DNA of 64,000 bases from Anaeromyxobacteraceae bacterium (GCA_047602405.1 JASGHJ010000002.1:256001-320000), one strand, 5' to 3'; shown: positions 1-9,369, numbered from the stretch's first letter. Program-made: numbers and translations. Notes: generated by a model from the sequence alone, not told the origin.

Positions 1-456
1 CTCGCGGTGGTGGACGGGACCGGCGAGGTGACCTGGAAGGACCGGCGGGCGTCGCTCTCGTACCTGGGGCGCGAGGCCTTCGCGATGACCCCGTGCAACG
101 CGGCGGGGTGGTGCGCCGACGGGGCGCAGTTCAAGAAGCTCCGGTCGGCGCTCGCGGTCCTCTTCCGCCGGCTCGACGCCTTCGAGCGCGGCGACCTCGA
201 CCTCTACCGGGTCGTCGTCTCGGAGCGGTACGAGGGCGGGCGGCCGGCGCTCCTCGCCCGGCTGAAGCAGGACCTCGCCTCCGCCCCCGCCCGCCGCCTC
301 GAGGTGAAGGGCTGGCAGATCCGCGTCGAGCGCGACCGGGCGACCGTCGGCGAGGACTACGAGGTCTCGGTGGGCGACGCCCCGCCGCGGGCCCTGCGCG
401 CCCGCTACGACCTCGCCTGGGAGGACGGCCGCTGGCGGATCGTCGCGGGGCTGTGA
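1..456 (+). CDS. hypothetical protein, 5'-truncated by window edge
   Basis: Open frame from the window start to TGA at 454-456 with GC3-rich codon usage; ends in an NTF2-like tail (WEDGRWRIVAGL). Confidence 0.6.
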   Translation, partial: LAVVDGTGEVTWKDRRASLSYLGREAFAMTPCNAAGWCADGAQFKKLRSALAVLFRRLDAFERGDLDLYRVVVSERYEGGRPALLARLKQDLASAPARRLEVKGWQIRVERDRATVGEDYEVSVGDAPPRALRARYDLAWEDGRWRIVAGL

Positions 457-503
457 TTCCCGGGGGCTCCTGCTACAGTCCCACCACACCAGGGAGACGA
501 ACG

Positions 504-1208
504 ATGGACGACACCCTGAAGCAGGCGCTGACCCTCGGCCGCGGCTACTACATGAAGCGCGAGTACGGGCTCGCCGAGCAGTACCTCACCCAGGTCGTCG
601 AGGAGAACCAGTCCTTCGCCGACGTCTACAACATGCTCGGCGTCATCTACCACGACCAGGGCCAGTACCAGAAAGCGCTCCGGGCCTTCGAGGCCGCGCT
701 GCGGATCAACCCCGGCTACACCGACGCCGCGCTCAACCTCGCCGTCACCTACAACGACACCGGCAAGTACAAGGAGGCCCAGGAGACCTACCGGCACGCG
801 CTCGCGCGCTCCGGGGTGAACCAGGGCAAGCTCGACCGGTTCGTGCAGGGCAAGCTCGCGAACATGTACGCCGAGATCGGCGACGTGTACCTGTCGAGCG
901 GCCTCTACGGCGAGGCGATCGCCGACTACCGCCGCGCGCTCGCGCTCGGGCCGAACTTCGTCGACATCCGGGCCCGGCTGGCCGGCGCGCTCCGCGACGC
1001 GGGCGAGCGCGAGGCGGCGATGAAGGAGTACGAGCAGATCGTGAAGCAGAGCCCGACCTACGTGCCCGCGCGGCTCAACCTCGGCCTCGCGCTCCTCGCC
1101 GCGGGCCGCAAGGAAGAGGCCGCTCAGCACTGGAAGACGGTCCTCGAGATCTCGCCCGGCAACCGCAACGCCGAGCTCTACCTGCAGCTCGCGGCCGACA
1201 AGGCCTGA
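504..1208 (+). CDS. tetratricopeptide repeat protein
   Basis: ATG 504 after AGGGAG; repeated TPR units (YNMLGVIY..., ALRINPGYTDAALNLAVTY, ARLNLGLAL). Confidence 0.85.
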   Translation: MDDTLKQALTLGRGYYMKREYGLAEQYLTQVVEENQSFADVYNMLGVIYHDQGQYQKALRAFEAALRINPGYTDAALNLAVTYNDTGKYKEAQETYRHALARSGVNQGKLDRFVQGKLANMYAEIGDVYLSSGLYGEAIADYRRALALGPNFVDIRARLAGALRDAGEREAAMKEYEQIVKQSPTYVPARLNLGLALLAAGRKEEAAQHWKTVLEISPGNRNAELYLQLAADKA

Positions 1209-1265
1209 GGGCGCGCGGCGTCGCTGCGGGTTGCCCCCGGCGCGGTCCGGGGGTAGGAACCCTGC

Positions 1266-2312
1266 ATGAAGCCCGAGGACGTCGTCCGGCTCACGAGCCT
1301 GTCCCACGGCGCGGGTTGAGCCTGCAAGATCCGCCCTGCGGACCTGGCGCACGTGCTGCGCCACATCCCGAAGACCGAGGACCCCCGGGCGCTCGTCGGC
1401 CACGACACGCGCGACGACGCCGCCGTGTACCGGCTGTCGGACACCGAGGCCATCGTCGAGACGGTCGACTTCTTCACGCCGGTGGTGGACGACCCCTATG
1501 CGTTCGGCCGCATCGCCGCGGCGAACGCGCTCTCCGACGTCTGGGCCATGGGGGGCCGGCCGCTCTTCGCGCTCAACCTCGTCGGCTGGCCGGTGGGGAA
1601 GCTCCCCATGGACACGCTGGGCGAGGTGCTGCGCGGCGGGGCCGACGCCGCCCGCGAGGCGGGCATCCCCATCCTCGGCGGCCACAGCATCGACGACCCC
1701 GAGCCGAAGTTCGGCATGGCGGTCACCGGGCTCGTCCACCCCGACCGGATCCTCCGGAACGTCGGGGCGCGCCCCGGCGACGTGCTGCTCCTCACGAAGC
1801 CGCTCGGGACCGGCATCGCCACCACCGCGGTGAAGCGGGGCCTCGCGTCGCCGGAGCTCGTCGCGCGCATCGTGGCGCTCATGTCGGCGCTCAACCGCAC
1901 CGCGGGCGAGGTGCTCGCCGCGAGCGGCGCCGTGCACGCGCTCACCGACGTCACCGGCTTCGGCCTCCTCGGCCACGGTTGGGAGATGGCCGAGGGCTCG
2001 GGGGTGGTGCTGCGGCTCCGCACGGCGGACGTGCCGCTCCTCGAGGGCGTACGGGAGCTCGCCGCGCAGGACGTCGTCCCCGGCGGCAGCCGCGCGAACC
2101 TGAAGTGGGTCATGCCCCACGTCCGCGCACACGAGGGGCTCGATCCGCTTCTCCCGCAGCTCCTCGCGGACGCGCAGACGAACGGCGGGCTCTTCGCGGC
2201 GGTCGACCCGGCCCGGGCGGACGCCGTGCTCCGCGACCTCGTCGCCGCGGGCGTACCCGCCGTGAGGGTGGGCGAGGTCCTCGCCGGCGCGCCGGCGCTC
2301 GAGCTCGTTTAG
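1266..2312 (+). CDS. selD: selenide, water dikinase (selenophosphate synthetase), selenoprotein with Sec at codon 18
   Basis: ATG 1266 gives MKPEDVVRLTSLSHGAG-TGA(1317-1319)-ACK, in frame with ORF 1353..2312; motifs DDAAVY, TVDFFTPVVDDPY, AANALSDVWAMGG, GGHS, TDVTGFGLLGH, QTNGGL. Confidence 0.95.
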
Positions 2313-2322
2313 GATCCGGGGC

Positions 2323-3072
2323 GTGGTGCTCGCCAACCTCGCGCTCGCGCTGTGCCTCTGCGCCGGCCGTGCGCCCGCCTACGTCGTCGTGGTCGATCCC
2401 GGCCACGGCGGCGAGCAGGAGGGCGCGCTCTCGCCGACCGGCGACCGCGAGAAGGATCTCTCGCTCGCGATCGCGCGGCGGACGGCCGCCAAGCTCAAGA
2501 AGGCGGGCGTGAAGGTCGTGCTCACCCGCACCGGCGACATCTCGGTGCCGCTCGCCAACCGCGCCGCGGTCGCGAACGCGCTGCGCGCCGACCTCTTCGT
2601 CTCCATCCACCTCAACTCGATGCCCACCGCCGAGCAGCGGCGGACCTACGCCGGGCTCGAGACCTACTTCCTCTCGGCGGGCGCCTCCGACGCCTCGGCC
2701 TCGGCGGTGGCGGCGCGGGAGAACGCCGACCGGCTCGCCGGCGAGCCGGTGGCCGATCCGAACGATCCGGTCGCGGCGATCCTGAACGACCTCGAGGATC
2801 AGGCCTCGCTCCAGGGCGCCTCGCGGCTCGCGTACGCGCTCCACGATCGGCTGCTCGCGGTGCTCGGCGCGGAGGACCACGGCGTGAAGCAGGCGCCGTT
2901 CTACGTGCTCGCGGGCGCGCGCATGCCGGCGGTGCTGCTCGAGCTCGGCTTCATCTCGCACCCCGACGAGTCGCAGCGGCTGCGCGACCCCGCCTACCAG
3001 GACCGGATCGCCACCGCCATCGCGGAGGGCGTCGCCGCGTTCCGCGAGCAGGGGAAGCGGGCGGGGAAGTAG
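2323..3072 (+). CDS. N-acetylmuramoyl-L-alanine amidase (Amidase_3)
   Basis: [47 protein letters not shown]-terminal signal peptide. Confidence 0.92.
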   Translation: MVLANLALALCLCAGRAPAYVVVVDPGHGGEQEGALSPTGDREKDLSLAIARRTAAKLKKAGVKVVLTRTGDISVPLANRAAVANALRADLFVSIHLNSMPTAEQRRTYAGLETYFLSAGASDASASAVAARENADRLAGEPVADPNDPVAAILNDLEDQASLQGASRLAYALHDRLLAVLGAEDHGVKQAPFYVLAGARMPAVLLELGFISHPDESQRLRDPAYQDRIATAIAEGVAAFREQGKRAGK

Positions 3073-3074
3073 CC

Positions 3075-3320
3075 TCAGCCCCGCGGCGACGGGAGCGAGT
3101 GGTCGGGCACCCAGTCCGGCTTCTGCGGCCCCGCTTCGGGGTCGTTGCAGATGCAGACGAAGCAGCTCCGGGTCGTGTCGTAGGAGCAGATCTCCTCCGA
3201 GGCGCAGCGCGTCTGCGAGCCCGGGCACAGGTTCTTGTGCTCGGCCCGCTGCGGGCCGGCGCAGGCGGAGAGCGCGAGGGCGGCGAGGGCGGCGAGGGCG
3301 CCGAGGAGGAGCGTGCGCAT
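3075..3320 (-). CDS. small Cys-rich lipoprotein
   Basis: Lipobox LSAC followed by six further Cys; converges on the amidase stop. Confidence 0.6.
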   Translation of the reverse strand: MRTLLLGALAALAALALSACAGPQRAEHKNLCPGSQTRCASEEICSYDTTRSCFVCICNDPEAGPQKPDWVPDHSLPSPRG

Positions 3321-3406
3321 GCCCCCATCACAGCACGTCCGTCCGGGCCCGGGGAAGGAGAGCCTTGTCGAAGCGCGGCCGGGTTCTGTGGTATTCGGCC
3401 AGGATC

Positions 3407-4129
3407 ATGCGAACGAATGGACGCGGCGCCGGCGAGCTCCGCAAGGTCGTGCTCGAGACCGGGATCTCCCGCCACGCGGAGGGGTCGTGCCTCGTGCGCT
3501 TCGGCGACACGCAGGTGCTCTGCACCGCCTCGGTGGAGGAGAAGGTCCCGCCGCACGTGATGGGCACCGGCGCGGGGTGGATCACCGCGGAGTACGGGAT
3601 GCTGCCCCGCTCGACGCACGAGCGCATGCCGCGCGAGGCCGCCCGCGGCAAGCAGGGCGGCCGGACGCTCGAGATCCAGCGCCTCGTCGGGCGCGCGCTC
3701 CGCGCCGCGGTGGACCTGCGCGCGCTCGGGCCCCGGACGCTCACGATCGACTGCGACGTCCTCCAGGCGGACGGGGGCACGCGCACCGCGGCCATCACCG
3801 GCGGCTGGGTGGCGGTCGCGCTCGCCGCCCGGGCCATCGCGGGGCGCAAGGGCATGCAGGGCAACCCGGTGAAGCGCAACATCGCCGCGGTCTCGGTGGG
3901 CATCGTCGCGGGCGAGGTGCGGCTCGACCTCGACTACGGCGAGGACTCCACCGCCGAGGTCGACATGAACGTGGTGGCGACCGGGGAGGGCGAGCTCGTC
4001 GAGGTGCAGGGCACCGCGGAGGGGAAGGCCTTCCCCCGCGCCGACCTCGACCGCATGCTCGACTCGGCGCTCGCGGGGATCGCCCGGCTGCGCGACCTGC
4101 AGCTCGGGGCCCTCGGCGGGAAGCCGTAG
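3407..4129 (+). CDS. rph: ribonuclease PH
   Basis: [68 protein letters not shown]. Confidence 0.97.
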   Translation: MRTNGRGAGELRKVVLETGISRHAEGSCLVRFGDTQVLCTASVEEKVPPHVMGTGAGWITAEYGMLPRSTHERMPREAARGKQGGRTLEIQRLVGRALRAAVDLRALGPRTLTIDCDVLQADGGTRTAAITGGWVAVALAARAIAGRKGMQGNPVKRNIAAVSVGIVAGEVRLDLDYGEDSTAEVDMNVVATGEGELVEVQGTAEGKAFPRADLDRMLDSALAGIARLRDLQLGALGGKP

Positions 4130-4143
4130 GCGGGCGGCGCGGC

Positions 4144-4848
4144 ATGAGGCTCTTCTTCGGCACCACCAACCCCGGGAAGCTCCGCGAGCTGCGCCGGCTC
4201 GTCGCCGGGCTCGACGTCGAGATCGTGGCCGCCGGCGACCTCGGCCGCCCGCTCCCCGAGGTCCCGGAGGACGGGCTGACGTTCGAGGAGAACGCCGCGC
4301 ACAAGGCCTCGACCTACGCGCGGCTCACCGGCCTCCACGCGCTCGCCGACGACTCTGGGCTCTGCGTCGACGCGCTCGGCGGCGCGCCGGGCGTGCACTC
4401 CGCCCGGTGGTCGGAGCTCGACCCGGGTCCGGAGCCCACAAGCCCGGTGTGCGAGCTCGCCGAGGCGGGCCGCGCCGAGCTCGGCCCGGTGGCGGGGCGC
4501 GCCGAGCGCGACGAGCGGAACAACGACAAGCTGCTCGCGTCGCTCGCGGGCCTGCCGCCGGCGCGGCGCGGCGGCGAGTACCGCGCGGTCGTCGCGCTCG
4601 CGCGGCCGGACGGGAGCGTCGTGGGCAGCGTCGCCGGCACGTGCCGGGGGCGGATCGGGTTCGAGCGCCGGGGGACGGGTGGGTTCGGATACGACCCGCT
4701 CTTCGAGACCGAGGCGTTCCCGGGCCGGACCATGGCCGAGCTCTCGGCCGAGGAGAAGGACGCGATCTCGCACCGGGGCGCCGCGATGCGGGCCCTCCGG
4801 CCGCTCCTCGACCGGTGCCTCCTTGACGAAAAAGCAGCGAAAAGCTAG
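4144..4848 (+). CDS. rdgB: non-canonical purine NTP pyrophosphatase (RdgB/HAM1 family)
   Basis: TTNPGKLRE, TFEENAAHKA, ADDSGLCVDALGGAPGVHSAR, GFGYDPLF, KDAISHRG; follows rph as usual. Confidence 0.93.
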   Translation: MRLFFGTTNPGKLRELRRLVAGLDVEIVAAGDLGRPLPEVPEDGLTFEENAAHKASTYARLTGLHALADDSGLCVDALGGAPGVHSARWSELDPGPEPTSPVCELAEAGRAELGPVAGRAERDERNNDKLLASLAGLPPARRGGEYRAVVALARPDGSVVGSVAGTCRGRIGFERRGTGGFGYDPLFETEAFPGRTMAELSAEEKDAISHRGAAMRALRPLLDRCLLDEKAAKS

Positions 4849-4851
4849 GAA
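4823..4851 (+). promoter_or_regulatory. candidate sigma70 promoter of the tRNA cluster
   Basis: TTGACG-17 nt-TAGGAA upstream of tRNA-Pro. Confidence 0.45.
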
Positions 4852-4896
4852 CAGCGCTCCCTCGGGGGGCTCGGCGCCCCGGGGGGCTCTGCAACC

Positions 4897-4970
4897 CGGG
4901 GCGTAGCGCAGCCTGGTAGCGCGCCTGCCTTGGGCGCAGGAGGTCGCGGGTCCGAATCCCGCCGCCCCGA
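4897..4970 (+). tRNA. tRNA-Pro(TGG)
   Basis: Cloverleaf with acceptor CGGGGCG/CGCCCCG and anticodon arm CCTGC-CTTGGGC-GCAGG; CCA not encoded. Confidence 0.93.
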
Positions 4971-4998
4971 TTCTTTGACATGATGGTGGATGAAGGAA

Positions 4999-5072
4999 GC
5001 GCCCGTAGCTCAGCTGGACAGAGCAGCGGCCTTCTAAGCCGCGGGTCGGGGGTTCGACTCCCTCCGGGCGCG
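4999..5072 (+). tRNA. tRNA-Arg(TCT)
   Basis: Acceptor GCGCCCG/CGGGCGC, anticodon arm GCGGC-CTTCTAA-GCCGC, GGTTCGACT T-loop. Confidence 0.95.
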
Positions 5073-5143
5073 CTGTATTTCGAGGGGCGCTCGGCGCGCC
5101 CCTCCCCGCCGAACGAAGTTCGGCGGGGCCCCTCCCTGGCAGC
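5073..5143 (+). repeat. REP-like double-hairpin repeat family 1, copy 1
   Basis: CTGTATTTCGAGGGGCGC...CCCCTCCCTGGCAGC; near-identical copies at 5252, 5898, 5969 and 50851 (reverse). Confidence 0.9.
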
Positions 5144-5177
5144 AAGGGAGTTGGCTACGCGGCATGTGCACGTTTAC

Positions 5178-5251
5178 GGTGAGTATAGCTCAATTGGTAG
5201 AGCACTGGACTGTGGATCCGGGGGTTAAGGGTTCGAGCCCCTTTACTCACC
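5178..5251 (+). tRNA. tRNA-His(GTG)
   Basis: G-1 plus GTGAGTA/TACTCAC acceptor, anticodon arm CTGGA-CTGTGGA-TCCGG. Confidence 0.95.
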
Positions 5252-5322
5252 CTGTATTTCGAGGGGCGCTCGGCGCGCCCCTCCCCGCGGAGCGAAGCTC
5301 CGCGGGGCCCCTCCCTGGCAGC
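5252..5322 (+). repeat. REP-like family 1, copy 2
   Basis: Direct repeat of 5073-5143 with compensatory changes in hairpin 2. Confidence 0.9.
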
Positions 5323-5355
5323 GTTCTCTGACGGCGCGGCCTTCATCCACCATCG

Positions 5356-5384
5356 TTGACACACCGGCGGGGGGCTGCTAGATC
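5356..5384 (+). promoter_or_regulatory. candidate sigma70 promoter of tRNA-Lys
   Basis: TTGACA-17 nt-TAGATC; same -10 hexamer as at 6040. Confidence 0.5.
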
Positions 5385-5443
5385 GGCGGCCCTCCGCAGT
5401 TCTGTAGAAGCAGTGGCCTCACGGCAGAATCAGCAAGCTCTCC

Positions 5444-5516
5444 GGGCGCGTAGCTCAACTGGCAGAGCAATGGACTCTTAATCCATAGGTTGAAGGTTCG
5501 ATTCCTTCCGCGCTCA
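5444..5516 (+). tRNA. tRNA-Lys(CTT)
   Basis: Acceptor GGGCGCG/CGCGCTC, anticodon arm ATGGA-CTCTTAA-TCCAT. Confidence 0.95.
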
Positions 5517-5521
5517 CTCGA

Positions 5522-5553
5522 GAAGCCCTGCCAGCGCAGGGCTTCTCGTCTTT
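5522..5553 (+). terminator. probable intrinsic terminator after tRNA-Lys
   Basis: GAAGCCCTGC-cagc-GCAGGGCTTC stem followed by TCGTCTTT. Confidence 0.55.
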
Positions 5554-5596
5554 CAGGGCCCCGCCGCCAGGCGTGGCCTCTCACCGGAGGTAAGTC

Positions 5597-5788
5597 ATGC
5601 AGAACGTCGATCAGTTCGCGCTCGTGGCCCAGGTGCAGGGCGTCGTCGAGGGCTACATCCGCCTCCGCGACGAGAAGTCCAAGCTCGAGGAGAAGATCTT
5701 CCAGCTGAACCAGGACGTCGCGCGCATGCAGAAGTCGATGGCCGAGCTCGTCAAGGAGAACGACGCGCTCAAGGCCGCGAAGAAGTAG
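5597..5788 (+). CDS. small coiled-coil protein
   Basis: GGAGG RBS; heptad pattern LRDEKSKLEEKIFQLNQDVARMQKSMAELVKENDALK; host-like codons. Confidence 0.8.
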   Translation: MQNVDQFALVAQVQGVVEGYIRLRDEKSKLEEKIFQLNQDVARMQKSMAELVKENDALKAAKK

Positions 5789-5897
5789 CCGGACGGCCGG
5801 GGTTGGCCCCGGTGGAGCGACGGCGCCTCGAGCGCTGGCGCCCTTCGACTGCCCTGCCCCTTGCCCAGAAGGCCCTGGCCCCGCCGGCCGGGGCCTT

Positions 5898-6004
5898 CTG
5901 TGTTTCGAGGGGCGCTCGGCGCGCCCCTCCCCGCGGAGCAAAGCTCCGCGGGGCCCCTCCCTGGCAGGTTTCGAGGGGCGCTCGGCGCGCCCCTCCCCGG
6001 CAGC
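5898..6004 (+). repeat. REP-like family 1, copy 3 plus tandem truncated copy 4
   Basis: Full copy 5898-5967, then 5969-6004 lacking the second hairpin. Confidence 0.88.
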
Positions 6005-6016
6005 GAGACCCGTGAC

Positions 6017-6073
6017 TTGACGCCGCACCGCGGAGTCACTAGATCACGCTCACGAAATGAATCTGGATTCATT
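6017..6073 (+). promoter_or_regulatory. promoter plus palindromic operator of the TetR-EmrBA operon
   Basis: TTGACG-17-TAGATC (6017-6045); perfect IR AATGAATC-TG-GATTCATT (6056-6073) just before ATG 6077. Confidence 0.7.
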
Positions 6074-6076
6074 CTG

Positions 6077-6676
6077 ATGAAGCTCGGTTCAACCCAGCGC
6101 CTGCGCGACCGCATGAAGGAGGAGGCCCAGCGGGCCATCCTCGAGGCGGCGGAGCACGTCTTCGGCGAGGAGGGCTTCTCCGCCCGGCTCGACCGCGTCG
6201 CGGCGCGCGCCGGCGTGGCCGTGGGGACGCTGTACAACCACTTCGAGGACCGCGAGGCCCTCGTGGGCGCCCTCTCGAGGGCCCGGCGCGAGGCCCTGCT
6301 CGCGCGGCTCGACGCCGCGCTCGAGGCGGGGCAGGGGAAGCCGTTCGAGGCCCAGCTCCGCTCGCTCCTCGCCGCGTTCGGCGAGCACGTGCGCACCCAC
6401 GGGCGCTTCCTCTCCCGGCTCGCGCAGGCGGGCGAGGGCCCGGCGCGCGCCGTGCCCCGGGGCACGCTCCTCGACGCGCTCCGCGCCCGCGCCGACGTCC
6501 TCGTGGCCCGCGGCGTGGAGGTGGGGGCGCTGCGCGAGGACGGGCGGGAGCGCTTCGGCCTCGCGCTCGTGGGCCTCGCCCGCACGCTCCTCATCCAGGC
6601 GCTCGTGTCCGGCGAGGACTTCGCCGCCACCGAGGCCGCCGTGGCGGAGCTCTTCCTCAGGGGGGCCGGCCGGTGA
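6077..6676 (+). CDS. TetR/AcrR family transcriptional regulator
   Basis: ILEAAEHVFGEEGF...VAARAGVAVGTLYNHFEDREAL HTH. Confidence 0.92.
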   Translation: MKLGSTQRLRDRMKEEAQRAILEAAEHVFGEEGFSARLDRVAARAGVAVGTLYNHFEDREALVGALSRARREALLARLDAALEAGQGKPFEAQLRSLLAAFGEHVRTHGRFLSRLAQAGEGPARAVPRGTLLDALRARADVLVARGVEVGALREDGRERFGLALVGLARTLLIQALVSGEDFAATEAAVAELFLRGAGR

Positions 6677-8259
6677 CCGCGCGCCCGCCCGTGAACAAGT
6701 GGCTCGTCACCCTCTCGGTGACCTTCGGCACGCTCATGGGCGCGATCGACACGTCGATCGTGAACGTCGCGCTGCCGCAGATCCGCGGAGCGGTCGGCGC
6801 GACGGTCCAGGAGATCACCTGGATCTCGACCGGCTTCGCGATCGCGACGGTCATCGTGATGCCGCTCACCGGCTTCCTCGGCCGGCTCTTCGGCCAGAAG
6901 CGGGTCTACCTCGCGAGCCTCGTGCTCTTCATCGGCGGCTCGGCGCTCTGCGGCTTCGCGGGGAGCCTCTGGACCCTCGTCCTCGCCCGCGCGCTGCAGG
7001 GCTTCGGCGCCGGCGCGCTGCAGCCCACCGAGCAGGCCATCCTCCGCCAGACCTTCCCGCCCGAGGAGCAGGGCACGGCGATGGCGCTCTTCGGCATGGC
7101 GGTGATGCTCGGCCCGGCCATCGGGCCCACCCTGGGCGGGTGGATCGTCGACAACTTCCACTGGTCCTGGATCTTCTTCATCAACCTGCCGGTGGGCGCG
7201 CTCGGCCTCTTCATGGTGACGCGCTTCGTGCACGAGCCCGACGACGTGCGCACCGCGAACGCCGCCGCAGCCGTCCACCAGCGCGCCAACATGGACTGGC
7301 TGGGCATCGCGCTCCTCGCGATCGGGCTCGCCTCGCTGCAGTTCTTCCTCGAGGAGGGGCAGCAGCACGACTGGTTCGAGTCGCGCGGCATCACCGCCAT
7401 CGCGGTGCTCTCGGCGGGCGCCCTCCTCCTCTTCGTGTGGCGGGAGCTCACCGCCCCGGTGCCGGCGGTGAACCTCCGGCTCTTCAAGGATCCGGTCTTC
7501 ACCTCGGCGTCCCTCATCGGCGCCGTGATGTTCGCGATCATGCTCTCGAGCATGTTCCTCCTGCCGCTCTTCATGCAGGAGCTCCTCGGCTTCACCGCCA
7601 TGCAGTCCGGGCTCGCGCTCATGCCGCGCGTGCTCGTGATGATGGTCGCGACCCCGATCGTCGGCCGGCTCTACCGCAAGGTCCCGGCCCGCGCGCTCAT
7701 CGTCTGCGGCGTGGTCTTCGTGGCGCTGGGCTCGTTCATGGCCTCGCGGATCAACCTCGACTCCGGCTCCGCGGGCGTGGTGCACGCCATCATGGTGCAG
7801 GGCATCGGCTTCAGCTGCCTCTTCGTGCCGCTCACCACCACCGCGCTCGCGAACGTCCCGCGGGCGAGGCTCGCCGACGCCACGGGCCTCAACTCGCTGC
7901 TCCGCCAGACCGGCGCCTCGATGGGGCTCGCGATCTTCGCGACCCTGCTGTCGCGGCACGGCTCGGAGGCGCGGCACGCGCTCGCCGGTCACCTCACGCT
8001 CGACCGGCCCGAGGTGGTCGACCGCCTGCAGGCGCTCGCCGGGGGCTTCGCCGCCCGCGGCTTCGATCCGGTCGCGGCGCGGGACGCCGCGCTGCGCGCG
8101 CTCGACGGGCTCCTCACCCGGCAGGCGATGGTGATCGCCTTCGATCGGGTACTGCTCCTGACGGGCATCCTCTTCCTGCTCATCCTGCCCTTGCTGTTCT
8201 TCCTGAAGGTGAAGCGTGCGCCGGCGACGCAGCCGCCGCACGTCGAGATGGAGATGTGA
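6673..8259 (+). CDS. emrB: DHA2 family MFS efflux permease (EmrB/QacA)
   Basis: DTSIVNVALP, GPAIGPTLGGWI, WIFFINLPVG; many TM segments; GTGA overlap with tetR. Confidence 0.92.
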   Translation: MTARPPVNKWLVTLSVTFGTLMGAIDTSIVNVALPQIRGAVGATVQEITWISTGFAIATVIVMPLTGFLGRLFGQKRVYLASLVLFIGGSALCGFAGSLWTLVLARALQGFGAGALQPTEQAILRQTFPPEEQGTAMALFGMAVMLGPAIGPTLGGWIVDNFHWSWIFFINLPVGALGLFMVTRFVHEPDDVRTANAAAAVHQRANMDWLGIALLAIGLASLQFFLEEGQQHDWFESRGITAIAVLSAGALLLFVWRELTAPVPAVNLRLFKDPVFTSASLIGAVMFAIMLSSMFLLPLFMQELLGFTAMQSGLALMPRVLVMMVATPIVGRLYRKVPARALIVCGVVFVALGSFMASRINLDSGSAGVVHAIMVQGIGFSCLFVPLTTTALANVPRARLADATGLNSLLRQTGASMGLAIFATLLSRHGSEARHALAGHLTLDRPEVVDRLQALAGGFAARGFDPVAARDAALRALDGLLTRQAMVIAFDRVLLLTGILFLLILPLLFFLKVKRAPATQPPHVEMEM

Positions 8260-8263
8260 TCCG

Positions 8264-9307
8264 ATGACTCCCCCTGCCGATCCCGACCGCAAGCTGCACG
8301 AGGTACCGGCCGCGACGCCGCCGGCCGAACCGCCCAGGAAGAAGCGCCGCGCCCCGCTCGTCGTGGGGCTCGTCGTCCTCCTCGTGGGCGCCGGGCTCGG
8401 CGTCCGCGCGTTCGCCCTGCGCGGCGACGAGACCACCGACGACGCGCAGGTGGAGGCCGACGTGGTCGCGGTCGCGCCCCGGATCGGCGGCACGATCGCC
8501 GAGGTGCTCGTCTCGTCCGACACGGTCGTCGAGGCGGGCCAGCCGCTCGTGCGGCTCGACGACGCCGATCTCGCGGTCAAGGTGAAGGCCGCCGAGGCCG
8601 AGCTCGAGACGGCCCGGGCGCAGGTCGCCTCCGCCGTCGCCCAGGTCGCCGCCGCGCGCGCGACCGTGACCCGGGCCGAGGCGGAGGCCGAGAAGGCCCG
8701 CCTCGACCTCGACCGCGCCGAGGCGCTCCGCCAGGGCGGCGCCATCGCGGCCGAGCGCTACGACCAGTCCCGGCTCTCGTCCGAGACCACCCGGGCCGGC
8801 GCCGGCGCGAACCGCGCGCAGTACGCGGCGGCGCTCGCGGCGGAGTCGCTCGCGAACGCGCGGGTGCGGAGCGCCGAGGCCGCGCTCGAGCTCGCCCGGC
8901 TCCAGCGCTCCTACGCCGTCGTGAAGGCCCCGGCGCGCGGCACCGTCTCCCGCGTGGGCGCGCGCGTCGGCCAGATCGTCCAGGCCGGCCAGGCGCTCGG
9001 GCAGCTCGTGCCGGCCTCGACCTACGTCGTCGCGAACTTCAAGGAGACCCAGACCGGCGGCATCCACGCCGGCCAGGCGGTCGAGGTCGAGGTCGACGCG
9101 TACCCCGGCCGCACGCTCCACGGGAAGGTCGAGACCCTCTCCGGCGGCACCGGCGCGCGCTTCGCGCTCCTCCCGCCCGACAACGCCTCGGGCAACTTCG
9201 TGAAGGTGGTCGAGCGGGTGCCGGTCCGGATCTCGTGGACCGACGCGCCCGCGGACCTCGCGATGCGGGCAGGCCTCTCCGCCACGGTGACCGTCCACAC
9301 CCGCTGA
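8264..9307 (+). CDS. emrA: HlyD/EmrA family membrane fusion protein
   Basis: TDDAQV, VVANFKETQ, LLPPDNASGNFVKVVERVPVRI. Confidence 0.92.
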   Translation: MTPPADPDRKLHEVPAATPPAEPPRKKRRAPLVVGLVVLLVGAGLGVRAFALRGDETTDDAQVEADVVAVAPRIGGTIAEVLVSSDTVVEAGQPLVRLDDADLAVKVKAAEAELETARAQVASAVAQVAAARATVTRAEAEAEKARLDLDRAEALRQGGAIAAERYDQSRLSSETTRAGAGANRAQYAAALAAESLANARVRSAEAALELARLQRSYAVVKAPARGTVSRVGARVGQIVQAGQALGQLVPASTYVVANFKETQTGGIHAGQAVEVEVDAYPGRTLHGKVETLSGGTGARFALLPPDNASGNFVKVVERVPVRISWTDAPADLAMRAGLSATVTVHTR

Positions 9308-9369
9308 GGCCCCCTCGGGGGCCCTCACGGTCCGTGGATCCGCCCCGGCGTCCCGGCTACGGTCGAAGG

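Noticed and set aside
5073..6004. Repeat-spacer-repeat pattern resembling a CRISPR array
   Set aside because: Repeats are ~70 nt with irregular spacing, the intervening DNA is tRNA or CDS, and no cas genes are present.
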